DNA of 55,323 nt from Octopus sinensis (Eukaryota), in assembly GCF_006345805.1 (NCBI RefSeq), contig NW_021833829.1, forward strand, positions 1 to 55,323, given 5' to 3'. Of the stretch, positions 25,801 to 38,989 are shown in pieces. Positions within the stretch are counted from its first letter, which is position 1. The number at the start of each line of letters is the position of its first letter. Both the position numbers and the translations under genes were made by a program. The notes under the pieces were generated by a model that was not told where the DNA came from, searched no databases, and saw nothing but the letters and a program-made list of their open reading frames with translations.

Positions 25801-26180
25801 ATAACAGGCTGCTGCACTTATTTCTACCTCTCCAACACCACCACCTCACAGGCACCCATCTTCGTCTCTATCATATAATTAAATCCTTTAACGGGACGTC
25901 TAGTAACGACATTTACTGTATCTCCTGCATTTTCTAGCCCTTCTCTGTACACTGGTCAAATGGGACGCCACTTGGCTGATCGGCTCGCGGAGCACCTCCG
26001 AGACATCAAACCTGGCAATGACACCCCGCTCTCGCGCCATTTCCGTTCTACCGGTCATACACTTGTTAGTGTTCGGATTGTCTTTGCACAACGACCATCC
26101 GGTCTTTCGCATTCGCTGTGAACAGGAAATTAATCTTCTCTCTTCACACCATTGCGCCACATGCGCTCAAATCCTCTCCT
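25801..26180 (+). pseudogene. Penelope-like (Neptune-type) GIY-YIG endonuclease relic
   Basis: Across frameshifts: CCTYFYLSNTTT...KSFNGTSSNDIYCISC...LYTGQMGRHLADRLAEHLRDI...DTPLSRHF...EQELIFSLHTIAPHAL. The clade assignment is from memory of the E..LIF.L.T..P.GLN motif. Confidence 0.8.
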
Positions 26181-26697
26181 CTCTTCAATTGACTCCCTTC
26201 CTCTTCCCTCTTCTACTGACACCTACTTTCTCTTTTCACTCCTGCCCACCTTCTCACTTCATTGATACCACCGCGTCCACCAGCACCATTTCACCCCTTA
26301 CACAGCAACCTACCCCATACATCCAGCCCACAGCCCCATACTCAGAAAACACCACAACACCACATCACAACACCCCCACCCCACCTCACACCATTCCACA
26401 CATACTAGCACTGACCATTTCCCAGCACTCACACCACATACCATCATCCGTACACCCACACACCATCATCCATACACCCACACGTTACAGACGCACACAC
26501 TTACACACACACACGTCAAAATCACTAACCCCTATCCATACGCACGCGCACCTTTGTTTTTGGGGATCACCAGTACTTTATTATCTCCCCTTCATTCAAC
26601 CTTTCCTGTCAAACCCTTTTTTCCGAACCAGTTGTCATGCTTGATCACTAAATCCACAACTTTTTTTTTAATTCTCCCTGTTTAATTTCTCCTATAC

Positions 26698-26733
26698 CTT
26701 TCTGTTGACGAGCGTAGGCTCGAGACGTAAAAG
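26698..26733 (+). ncRNA. Degenerate ultra-minimal hammerhead in the 3' region of the Penelope relic
   Basis: CUUU-CUGUUGA-C-GAGC(GUAG)GCUC-GAGA-CG-UA|AAAG. All helices pair, but there are two core substitutions (A6U, A14G). Sense orientation, downstream of the GIY-YIG relic. Confidence 0.5.
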
Positions 26734-26813
26734 ACTTTCTTATATTTCCAAGCGTCAAACTATTACACCTGCTGTTGTTCATACACCTGAATTTATCCTT
26801 TGTTTTTCTGTAA

Positions 26814-26868
<55 letters not shown>

Positions 26869-26892
26869 ATGTATGTATATACATACATAGAT

Positions 26893-26957
<65 letters not shown>

Positions 26958-26962
<5 letters not shown>

Positions 26963-27194
26963 TTGTTTTGTTTTGTTTTTTTCCAGTTTCAGCTCTTGAG
27001 CTGTGGCCATGCTGGGGCACTGCCATTGTGGTGAAAGAGTACAGCAGGGTTCACCACCCCCTGCCGGAGCCTCGTAGAGCTTTTAGGTGTTTTTTCGCTC
27101 AATAAACACACACAACGCCCGGTCTGAGAATCGAAACCGCGATCCTGCGACCGCGAGTCCGCTGCCCTAACCACTAGGCCATTGCGCCTCCACA
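26958..27194 (-). mobile_element. Chimeric SINE: family B head and body plus family D 3' tail plus (AAAAC)n
   Basis: The family B head runs to ctttcaccacaa, then tggcagtgccccagcatggccacagctcaagagctgaaactgg, which resembles the family D end. Confidence 0.75.
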
Positions 27195-27249
27195 CAATAT
27201 ATATATATATATATAATATATATATATATTATATATATATATATATTAT

Positions 27250-27363
<114 letters not shown>

Positions 27364-27402
27364 CATATATATATAACTACATATATGTGTGTGTATGTGT
27401 GT

Positions 27403-27715
27403 GTAAAGGTGTAATGGCTCAGTAGTTAGGGCAGCGGACTCGCGGTCGTAGGATCGCGCTTTCGATTCCCAGACTAGCCGTTGTGAGTTTTATTGAGCGA
27501 AAACGCCTAAAGTTCTACGAGGCTCCGGCAGGGGGTGGTGGCGATCCCTGTTGTAATCTTTCGCTACAACTTTCTCTCACTCTTTCTTCTGTTGGCCGGC
27601 TCCATTAGCCAGCGGGGTGGCGTCATTAGAAGGCTAAAACAAAGCGAAGCGCATTGTAACCCACGATGTATAGCAACATCTGATAGCCTAGTCGGTCACG
27701 ATGATGACAGTGATG
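27403..27715 (+). mobile_element. SINE family B with a distinct 3' tail
   Basis: ggtgtaatggctcagtagttagggcagcggactcgcggtcgtaggatcgcg...actttctctcactctttcttc, then a tail ending gtcggtcacgatgatgacag. Confidence 0.75.
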
Positions 27716-27750
27716 TTATATATATATAATATATATATATATATATAATA

Positions 27751-27805
<55 letters not shown>

Positions 27806-27833
27806 GTGTACTGTATGTATATAATACATAGAT

Positions 27834-27907
<74 letters not shown>

Positions 27908-28139
27908 TTGTTTTGTTTTTGTTTTTCCAGTTTCAGCTCTTGAGCTGTGGCCATGCTGGGGCACTGCCATTGTGGTGAAAGAGTACAGCAGGGGATCACC
28001 ACCCCCTGCCGGAGCCTCGTAGAGCTTTTAGGTGTTTTTTCGCTCAATAAACACACACAACGCCCGGTCTGAGAATCGAAACCGCGATCCTGCGACCGCG
28101 AGTCCGCTGCCCTAACCACTAGGCCATTGCGCCTCCAAC

Positions 28140-28259
<120 letters not shown>

Positions 28260-28719
28260 TATATATTAATATATATATATATATATATATATAATATACT
28301 ATATATATAACTACATATATGTGTGTGTATGTGTGTGTAAAGGTGTAATGGCTCAGTAGTTAGGGCAGCGGACTCGCGGTCGTAGGATCGCGCTTTCGAT
28401 TCCCAGACTAGCCGTTGTGAGTTTTATTGAGCGAAAACGCCTAAAGTTCTACGAGGCTCCGGCAGGGGGTGGTGGCGATCCCTGTTGTAATCTTTCGCTA
28501 CAACTTCTCTCACTCTTTCTTTGTTGGCCGGCTCCTTAGCCAGCGGGGGGCGTCATTAGAAGGCTTAAAACAAAGCCGAAAGCGATTGATAGCCTAGTCC
28601 ACGATGTTTATGTGCCAACATCTGATTTAAGAAATAGTCGCTGTCACGATGATGACAGTGATGTAGATTATTATGATATGCCGAAGATATAATATATATA
28701 ATAATCATATATAAATAAG

Positions 28720-28753
<34 letters not shown>

Positions 28754-29640
28754 GTGTGTGTGTGCGTGTGTGTATACATTAATTGTTATATTTCGGAATG
28801 GTCATTTTGCCATTAGCCAATAAAAACACACGCACTATATATTTGGTGTTACTTTGCTTCAGTGTTATTTATTTTTTACATTAAACTTAACCTTATTTCG
28901 GCCAGAGTTCTTTCGTCACACTCCTGTGACCGCATCAGTGGTCCTTTTTTTTCTTCCTTCTTATTTGTGACAAATGGACTTATGTCGATCAGCGTGTTGA
29001 AGTGTTTAGTAGTGCACTAGCACAGGTTGTGCTACCTCGCGACATCAGCGGTCGAGGAAGATTACTGCGGGATCTACTTCGGGAACTCCGCAATGTTAGT
29101 TGAAATATTTATAATAATAATTTTTTTAAGTGACGAGAAGATGGATTTGGTATTAATCCTAATTTTGTACAGCGGTCGCTTCTACCCATCCTGCTACTGT
29201 CCATTATGGGTGGGACTCCGTTCAACATGGTGTGTTCATGCAGTTTGCAGTTTGGTCTCATCAGGTACATCCCTACATAAAGTTGTATCTCCCTAAAGAT
29301 CCTGTTTTTGCTTGTCATTTGTTATATGCCCATCTGGTTAGGGAACGAAACATTTGTAAATATAAGCAAATAACTCGATAAAAAATATATAGAAGTTGTA
29401 AAGGAAGTGAACTGAAGGACAGGTATGGATCAAGTCACATTGGGTTTAAGACAAAGGAATGGTGGTAGAAAAAGAAAGGGAATGATATATGGAGGCTAGA
29501 TTTTCTAGTGAGCGAAAGTTTGTTCAGCTAGCTAGTCCCACCCATAAGGGACATTAGCACGGTGCACAAAACGACCATTGTACAAAATGAAGATTAATTC
29601 CGAATCCATCATCTGGTTATTTAGAAGTTATAATAATTAG

Positions 29641-29698
<58 letters not shown>

Positions 29699-29701
<3 letters not shown>

Positions 29702-30100
29702 TGTAGGAGTGGCTGTGTGGTAAGTAGCTTGCTTGCCAAAGCCTTGTGAGTGGATTTGGTAGACGAAAACTGAAAGAAGCCCGTCGTAAATATGTATATA
29801 TATATATTATATATATATATATAGTGTGTGGGTGTGTGTGTGTGTGTGGTGTGTGTGTGTGTGGTGTGTGTGTGATGTGCGTGTGTGAGCATGCGTGTGA
29901 GTGTTTCTGTGTCTGTGTTTGTCCCCCAACATCGCTCGACAACGATTCTGATGTGTTACCTCCCCGTACTTAGTGGTTCGAGGAAAGAGACCGATAGAAT
30001 AAGTACTAGGCTTACAAAGGTAAGTCCCTGTGTCGATTCCCTCGACTAAATGCGGTGTTGTATTATGGCTACAGTCAAATGACTGAAACATGTGAAAGAG
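29699..30100 (+). mobile_element. SINE family D with internal (TA/TG) microsatellite, internally deleted
   Basis: ggtgtaggagtggctgtgtggtaagtagcttgctt...ccaaagccttgtgagtggatttggtagacg...ataagtactaggcttacaaag...cagtcaaatgactgaaaca. Confidence 0.8.
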
Positions 30101-30227
30101 TAAACGAGTAATACACACACACAAAACACACACACACACACACACACCACACACCACACACACCACCACACACACACACACGCAAAACACACGCAAGCAT
30201 ACATACGTAGGTGGTAATATAGATAGA

Positions 30228-30615
30228 AAGAAAGTGGTGAGCTTGGCAGAAACGTTAGCACGCCGGGCGAATGCTTAGCGCTATTTCGTCTGCGGTAAGT
30301 TCTGATTTCAAATTCAACCGAGGTCGACTTTGCTTTCATCCTTTCGGGGTCGATTAAATAAGTATCAGTTACGCACTCGGGTCGATATAATCGACTATCC
30401 GTTTGTCTGTCCTTGTTTATCCCTTTGTGTGTAGCCTTGTGGGCAGTAAAGAAGTAGGTTTCGTCTGTCTTCGTGTTCTGAGTTTCAAATTCCGCCAAGA
30501 TCGACTTTGCTTTTCATCCTTTCGGGGTCGATAAACTAAGTATCAGTCACGTATTGGGGTCGATCTGGCCCCATTCCCAAAAGTGTCGGGCCTTGTGCCT
30601 AGATTAGAAAAGAAA
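30228..30615 (+). mobile_element. SINE family A, dimeric copy
   Basis: Head plus two core units joined at gtgggcagtaaagaagtaggtttcgtc. Confidence 0.8.
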
Positions 30616-32454
30616 ATATAAATAGATAGAATTTGTGCATATGAAGGTGTGTATTTGATGTAGTGAAGTCGATCTCCCGATCGGACAATTGGTTCTGTGC
30701 TTCTATCTGAATTGCATATTACTGATTCCATGTAGCAGGTAGAAATTCCTCGAGAAATCCAGCAGTGATGGGGTGAGATTAGAAAGCAAAAATTCAAAAA
30801 AGATATGTCATCCACCTCCCTCACGACTCTGCCAATCACCACCTAAACATACACCACGTGCGACAATGTTTATTTAGTTACTGAACGAGAAATATATATT
30901 TATTCTATACTTTAACCTGTATATGAGCACACCCTCAAACGCCCTCACACTTGTATCAATGTTATATACCCATATACCTATACAAAAAATGTTTGATTGT
31001 ATATATAAGCATGTGTATGTACGTGAATGTACATGCACTGCGACAAAGGTTTTGCACATGTGATTATGTAGAAAGAAAAGGATATCACAACACGAAAATA
31101 CACAGAATTTTTTTTTATGTTCAAAAAGCATATATATAGTAAAAAAAAACCCCAAAAAACGTAAAAACAGAAGCTGTGTCAGCGTCGGTATTTTCGATGA
31201 AGTAAAACGAGCAGTTCTGATAATCGATAAGATATCAACATAGGTTTACTGGAACCAGCTGGTTGTTGTAGTATTGATTGATTTCATTTCTCAAAAATTT
31301 ATCTTTTCTTACTATTGGCGAATATGTTGTGTTGCATTTTAGTGAGTCATAAAAGCCGGAGCAGTAGCTTTTCTCTCTCCATCCGTGTAACGTGAACCGG
31401 ATTCTGCCCATAAATGTACCGGACGCTGAAGTCACCTAATGATGACGTGTCAGTACACGGTGACACATGCTAATCGATTCAAATAATTTTCACTCAGTGA
31501 TCTTCCACCCCTTTTCTTTAAAACTTTTTTTTTCTTTCATATCATACACGCCATTAATTTTCTATGGCCGTTCCTCTATCAAACATTTTCCCCTCGCTAA
31601 TCCCCACCTATCCTCTCTTATCTAAGTTTAGATATGTGCTGGGAACTTTGATGAAGCTATCTTCTAAGATAAAACCTGTAACAAATTCTTCTTTCTTCCT
31701 TCTTTCCTTCCATTTCTATTATATGACTAATGCAGAGCTGATGACTAAGTTTGTATGATTAATGGAAAGGCAATGACAAATTTGTCGAATCATCATTAGA
31801 ATGTTCTATGATAGAATTCTTTGTTGTCGAACCAGTTATAATCTAGCGTCAAATCGCGCATTCAATTTCGATACCAGTTGAAAACCAGTTCATTTCACTT
31901 ACACCTCTAACACACTTTGGAAAGATATAAATATCACAGCATCACGTCTCATCCTCTTCTAATATGCAGTAAATGTCGCACCGATGAACATAATATTTAT
32001 TTTTATCTAGAATGGAGTGAATATTATATTCATTATTTGGCACTGATAATTCGAACGGGAGACTCTTTATTCATTTATGGTTCCAAAACAAAAATATTTG
32101 ATCCTAACTTTCTATGCTTGAGTATAGTTGCTTATAATTTTCCTACCTTTATTTTCGTTAAGCCCCCTTTTTTTCCAAAATAATTTCATAGCTCCATTGA
32201 ATCGTCTGTTAAGACTCGACTGTGAGAAACATTATAGTTATTTTCATTCTGCAAGTATTTTATGAAATCTGTTTCATTGCCTGTTTCATAGTACTTTCTG
32301 GTGGGACAAATTTGATTGATACATTTATTTTCTCGTGTGGTCTATAACCAGCTCATTTATGCTTTTAGCCGAATCAGTCTGGTGTAAAGAACCACACCAG
32401 ATTTTTTCTCAGACACCAGATTTTTTCTTCGATTAAGCTAATATTTGCCTTATC

Positions 32455-32640
32455 TTAAAGCGGTGAGCTGGCAGAATCGTTAGGACGCAGGAAAAAATGC
32501 TTACCAGTATTTCGTCCGTATTTACATTCTGAGTTTAAATTCAACCGAGTTCGATTTTGCCCCCCCTTCCTTTGAGATCGGTGTAACCCTCCCTCTCTTC
32601 GGAAATACTTGCCTTGTACCAAAATTGGAAGCCAATATTT
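32455..32640 (+). mobile_element. SINE family A, diverged
   Basis: taaagcggtgagctggcagaatcgttagg...ctgagtttaaattcaaccgag. Confidence 0.6.
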
Positions 32641-32808
32641 ACGTCATCTTTGTTTTAAGTGTCTTTTGACCTGTTATTTGGCCTAATTCACTTTTGTCTC
32701 CTCAGTTTTGGGTCATACAGGAGATATTTTAGAAAAGTTTTAGCACTACTTCCTTTAATTCGATATAGTGGCTCCTTGGTGATTCTAACGCAAATTCTGT
32801 GTATGCAT

Positions 32809-33136
32809 GTGAAGGTGCATGGCTTAGTGGTTAGAGCGTCGAGCTTACGATCGTGAGGTTGTGAGTTCGAATCCCGGACCGGGCTGTGTGTTGTGTACTT
32901 GAGCAAGACACTTTATTTCACATTGCTCCAGTTCACTCAGCTGTAGAAATGAGTTGCGACATCACTGGTGCCAAGTTGTATCGTCCCCTTTGCCTTTCCC
33001 TTGGATAACACTGATGGCGTGGAGAATGGAGGCTGGTATGCATGGGCGACTTCCATAAACATCATTACCCGGACTTGTGCCTGGGAGGGTAACTTTCTAG
33101 GTGCAATCCCATGGTCAGTCATGATCGAAGGGGGTT
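32809..33136 (+). mobile_element. CORE-type tRNA SINE (family C)
   Basis: A and B boxes, CORE-like segment; matches 18021-18337. Confidence 0.85.
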
Positions 33137-33258
33137 TCCTCAGTGATTCTAACTTATTCATGAACCCACGACTTAGGGGGACTGCTACACGTCTCTAATC
33201 TATAGCATGCGTAGACCCCTCAACTTCTCTCACTACATGTATATTTTCCATCTCGCTA

Positions 33259-33313
<55 letters not shown>

Positions 33314-34695
33314 ATATCTATCTATCTATCTATCTATCTATCTGTCTGTCTATCTATCTATCTATCTATCTATCTATCAATCTATATATCTATCTATCTA
33401 TCGCCCTTCCTCTCTCTCTCTTTCCTCCGCCTTCTTTACAAACATACTAAAGAGTTATGCAACACGTTTAGTTTGTCTAGAATTTAGTTCCCTACACCAA
33501 CAGGTATTTATCTTCAAAGTTATTATTTGCAAATATTTTATGAGCACTTGTTAAATATTTCAACAAGAATTTTCAGTTTGTTTACTTTCTAGCGTCTTCC
33601 AGTAATTATTTCGTGGCATATCGTCTACAAGTAGAACCCTCAAAGAATGTTTATAGCCTCTGTATTAGGTTACAATCAGGTTGGAAATACAAGCATATCT
33701 ATCGTCATGCTAATAAAAGCATTATTTACTTCATGTGCTACGTCTGTTGTTGCTGTTTTGCTTTCTCTGTATTTTTAAACATCATTCTCATGATTCGCTC
33801 TTTTGGTGCTTAGTATTTTCGTTAAGTATTTTTCCTCTGAGTGTTATAATTCTAATTTTGCTTATCATTTTCGTTTTAGAATTTAATACCTTATTTTTAC
33901 CTAGTCTGGAGGAATTCAGTTTTGCTTTTAGACTATTTGTACTTCTATCCCATATATCAAATAAGAAGTCCGTGATACCCCCTTTTCTTTTCGGTGTTGG
34001 GTTCACAAAGCATGCTGTTATTATCAATGCATATCCTCCATTGGCTATTTACGATTTTTCTGTTTTTCTTTTTTGTCTGTGTTTAATATTTTTTATATTT
34101 ATTATGAAGTATAATCATGTTCATGAAATCTGCGGTTAAACGTTGTCAGAAGTCCCCTCCCTGCCCCCGCAGACAAAATGTAGAAGGCATTGCCTCTGAA
34201 TCTATCAAATGTTTATCGGGTAGCGGGGTAGTTCATTCTGGTGTGGCAGAGTTTTGGACGCTTTTTCCCACATTTAGTGAATTAAATTTTCACTACACAT
34301 TCTCTTGCAAACTTGGGGTTGAAAGAAACATTTTTCCATGTGTAATTTGTGACAGCTTATTTTACAGGGTAGTCATGTTTTTGGTATGGATCTGTTATGT
34401 GCCTATTAATGTGATTACACGTAGTGGTTAGTAGTATAGGAATAAGGACAATTTGATCGGTGTTATTGCATCGATGTTAATAAATAATTAACGGAGTAAT
34501 GAAGCAGCATAAAATTGTCCCTTGTTTTATATTTTTATACCTCAATAGTTTTATATTTATTGCGCGCTTTCACTGCTCAGCCAAGAGCAGATCTGTAAGC
34601 TGAGGATAAATACAATGCTATACTTTCGTTGTGTTTTGAATCCTATCAAAAGTATTTTGCAAAATATATATTCAGTATAAAGTGGGAGCTATTTT

Positions 34696-35147
34696 GGATG
34701 TTTTCGGTTTGACCGGCAGTTTTTTCTAGCGGTGTCATATGAAATTGTCACCCATAATTATGACCCTAGTTTCGATCTATTGCATTTCAATCTGTTTTAG
34801 GGTTTGGGTTAGAGTTAGGGTTACTTAGGGCTAGGGCTAGGGTTAGGGGTGGGGGGAAGGGTATCTTTTTTTTCTTCAGAAATGTAAATAAACCCAATCT
34901 GTTTCTTAAACAAGGGACATATTTATATGGCACAGAATGTTTTCACCTCAATATACGTCATTGATTGGTTGAAATTGCAGAAATTGAAGGAAAAAAACAA
35001 CAAATATCTTATAAACTATAGATTTTTCTCAATAAAGCCAAGAGAAAAAGATGCTTTATAAACACATTCTACCAGTATACGAAGTTTAAAAGTGTTTAGT
35101 TACGTGGAAATTATTTTAAAAAACTGCCGTTCAAACCGAAAAGATCC
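34696..35147. mobile_element. Merlin-like MITE, copy 1
   Basis: ~29-bp TIRs starting GG; 8-bp TSD gctatttt (34688-34695 and 35148-35155). Confidence 0.85.
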
Positions 35148-36088
35148 GCTATTTTCTGTATGTTGCGTATTTCTGAAATTCTTGAGGTTTCCTTTATGTG
35201 CATTTCCGCAACATTTTAAAATCATTCTACGAATATCTGTTATTATAGGTATTGATTTTCGGTTAAACCTCCTCGTTGAAGTTATTTCTAGAGGTAGATA
35301 TTTATTTTGGATAATTTCTTCTTTTCTTCGGTGGTATATTATTGTCTATTGGGAGATTAACTTCAAAGACAAACCACTTTAATTCCTGAAGGTCCCATAT
35401 GACACTATTCCGTATTTTACATCGATCTTCTGCCAGGATGAATTGCGATGCCTTAGACTCTGCTCTCCTTGCCGTTATGTTTTTGTAACACAGCTGAAAT
35501 AATATACAGTGTATGAATGCCAAATGTTATTATCCTCTATGAGATGACTATTGGCTAGCATCGAGAAAGTAATATAATCAGTTGTTTCTTCGTAATCTCC
35601 AAACATTCTTCAGTTGTTATTCATTAAAGACATCTGGTTGCTTCTTATGAGAAGGAAATAATGAAATGTTCTTCGACCTCAGGTGTGGGTTCGTTCAGCA
35701 CTTCTCGACGTTCACTGAGGTTTTATTTATCCTCTTGTGGCATTTTGCAGGTTCTTTGGGTTTTAAGTTCGGTTTTCGTCTGTCTTTACGTTCTCGGTCC
35801 AAATTCAGTTTTGCCTTTCATATCTTCGGGGTCAATAAAAGTTGAGTACTACGGTCGATATAATCGATTTAGCTCCTCCCCGAATTTGCTGTGGCATTGA
35901 GCCCAAATCATCATCATCATCATCATCAGTAGTAGTATTAGTAGTAGTAGTGGTGGTGGTGGTGGTGGTGGTGGGGTAGTAGTGATGGTGATGGTGGTCT
36001 TGTAGCTAATGTTCTGGGTGTTTTAAAATGAGGCGTTGATCTGATAGAATCATTTGTGTTTCGGAGGTAATACTTAGCAGCATTTAGT

Positions 36089-36136
<48 letters not shown>

Positions 36137-36294
36137 CCCTCAATGTGTGAGAGCTCTTAATGTAAAAGCCAAAAGTAGGCTTTTAAGAGGGTTCCAAAAA
36201 CAACGCCTAGTTATAGGAGTTCAAAAACACTTACCCTCCTGCGGCACACGCTGAGTAAGTAGACCCTCTCTGTCTCTACTCCAAAGTCTTTTCA

Positions 36295-36917
36295 TTGATC
36301 GTGGCGGGTCGAATAGTTAGTTGTATAAATATTTGTGGCCTGGAGTCGCCCTGGAAGCAAGATCACCCGCTCAGGTCACTAGCTATGGATAGGACGGTCA
36401 TCAGCGAAACCAGGATTTCTGACACACTCGATAAGGCCCATACTTCCGTCGATTTTGAGATCTACGCATCTATTAGTCTGTGACGGGTTTGGATCTCATC
36501 GTCTACCTCAGTATGTCGTATCATTCGCCCAGGGATGTGGAAGTCTGAGAAATGCTGATAACAGCCAAGACATACAAAACGACATGACGAGTTGTACAAA
36601 GGAGCAGTTTCCGGGAATCTATCATCTGCCCTTCGAGCTTTCTTTTCACATGCCAGGCATTTTCGGTGATCTCTTAGCGGATGTCGACAGCAACTGGCCC
36701 CAGAGCGGGAGAATTCCCTTTGCTATGAGCTGTGGCGTGCTGGTACTGCCGAGAAAGCACCCTAACAAGGGTGACCAAATAGACAATTTTAGGCCCATAA
36801 CTCTGCTGAATGCAGATTATAAAATTTTAGCCACGGTTGAGGCTTGACGTCGATAAGCTGGTCAATGACACACAGACATGCACTAACCCAAACAGATGTA
36901 TCCACGACACCTTATTA
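36295..36917 (+). pseudogene. Internally deleted Tx1/L1-clade LINE relic
   Basis: The endonuclease start (CINICGL...ISETRI) lies close to the RT start (NFRPITLLNADYKILA...LVNDTQTC..PNRCIHD), so most of ORF2 is missing. Confidence 0.75.
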
Positions 36918-36924
36918 AGGTGTC

Positions 36925-37130
36925 GACCTGGCTGAGTCATTAGTACGCTGGACGGTATGCTTAGTATTTCGCCTGTCGCTACGTTCTGAGTTCAAATTCC
37001 GCCGAGGTCGACTTTGCCGTTCATCCATTCGGGGTCGATAAATTAAGTACCAGTGAAACACGAAGGTCGCTGCAATGAACTTAATCCCGCTCACGCAAGT
37101 TGCCCTTGTGGCAAAAATTTGAAATCATTA
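36925..37130 (+). mobile_element. SINE family A
   Basis: Core gttcaaattccgccgaggtcgactttgccgttcatccattcggggtcgataaattaagtacc. Confidence 0.75.
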
Positions 37131-37758
37131 TTATTGTTATTATTGTGTATTTTTATACATTTTGTATAACAAAGATAAGCAATGTTGAAATCAAAGACAA
37201 AACTATTTGAACGAGAAACAGATGAAGCCGATAAAAAAAAATAGCATTAGGATCATGAAAAGGAGTAAAAGGCACAAATGACAAAGAACAGCCTCAACGT
37301 TTGTCAGCAAAGTGTGTTTTATGAATCTAATCTAAATAAACATTCTAAATACGATAATGCGGAATAAGGCCTGCATGTGTGGTACTACGAAAAGAATTAG
37401 TAAAGCATGTTTAGAAGAGGGAAGATAATCTAAACTAGAAGATAAAGGAAACGGCCGTGTACTTAAGAAGTTTGATTAGTAACTAAGTGGATCCGGGTTC
37501 TCCCTCAATCTCTGGGGCGTCGTTCATATATATTCTGACCTAACCTGAAGTTGACCAATATATTGTGAGTACTATCAAATGAGTGCCTATTAAGCAGAAT
37601 CTCATTACACACACATATATGTGTGTGTGTGTTTTAGTTCAAATTTACAGAAGAGAAAAGACAGAGACAGGTGAACAATATCCAGGTGTATTAGTTTGAC
37701 GTTTGGGAAGAATGGAAAAGTCTTTGACACTTAGAAAATACATACGAGAGGGAAAATG

Positions 37759-37825
<67 letters not shown>

Positions 37826-38199
37826 GAAAAAATGTGTCGGGGTTAACGGTTTAAGAAATTGGGTGAAATGTTTCTGTACCTTAATCTCTGAGATGGAGAC
37901 ATATCGTGTTTTTTTTCGGGAGTAATGCGACATAGATTGCACGTCATCATTTTCATGTTCTTTGCAGGAAATGTAGAAGCGAAATATGAAAGACAGCACG
38001 ATCCTGGTGGTGGAACTGTAAAGTGCTACAGTTGAAAGTATATATATATATATATATTTGCTGCTTTTTCATCAGAAGAAATTATAATTATCTTAAGATA
38101 ATTACTGAATTATTTTTCTATTAGGCTAATATTTTATAAAGTGATAAATCTGACATCTTTATAATAATGTCGGTTTCAAATTTTGGCACAAGGCCAGCA

Positions 38200-38520
38200 G
38201 GTCCATGGCTCACTAGTGAGAGATCGTCGAGCTCACAATCATGATGTAGTGAGATCGATTCCCGGACTGGGCTGTATATTATGTCATTTATTTCACATTG
38301 CTCCAGGTCAGCCAGCTATGCAAATGAGTTGCGACGGCATTGGTACCAAGCTGTATCAGCCTTTGCCTTTCTCTTGGATAAGATCGGTGGCATGGAAAGG
38401 TGAGACTGGAACGCTTGGGTGACGGCTGGTCTTCCATAAACAACCTTGCCTGAAAAAATGTCTCGGAGGATAACTTTCTATGTGCAATCCGATGGTCATT
38501 CATGACCGAAGGGGTTCTTT
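38200..38520 (+). mobile_element. CORE-type tRNA SINE (family C), diverged
   Basis: Collinear with the copies at 18021 and 32809. Confidence 0.75.
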
Positions 38521-38989
38521 TCCCGTTCTTTACATTTGATCTCACGTGATCAACTGATACACGATTAACAGCAAAAGCGTAACTAGGCCCGTGTATTGAT
38601 GTTAATAAATATTAGGAAATAAGATTAACAGTCACATCTTCTGCATGTGCTTTAAGCATGCAGCGAAAATTTAATTGTTTTCCAATAGTCTTTCGATAAA
38701 GACTGGGATATATTAAACTCACTCTGTGATACATATTGATTCTAATAAAAATCATTTAAGCTCGATTAAGAGTCTATATGTTTAATTTTTGAATATTTGT
38801 GAGATATTTATGCCTTACCTAGTACCATATTTCATAATCAGTACCATTTTCATAATTCTGAGTTTAATGTTTTCACAATGGCACTTGACAACGAGTCTCA
38901 GCTGTTCATTGCAAATTTATAGTATTATGTTGGAAACCTTCATTAAGAAAATCTCAGAAGAATTTATACAGAGTGTCTTACTTCCCTTA

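Noticed and set aside
26018-26644. 208-aa ORF as a host gene
   Set aside because: It overlaps the frameshifted GIY-YIG relic and then runs through CA-rich low-complexity sequence.
34797-34860. Chromosome end or true telomere
   Set aside because: The short degenerate tract is internal to a TIR element with TSDs.
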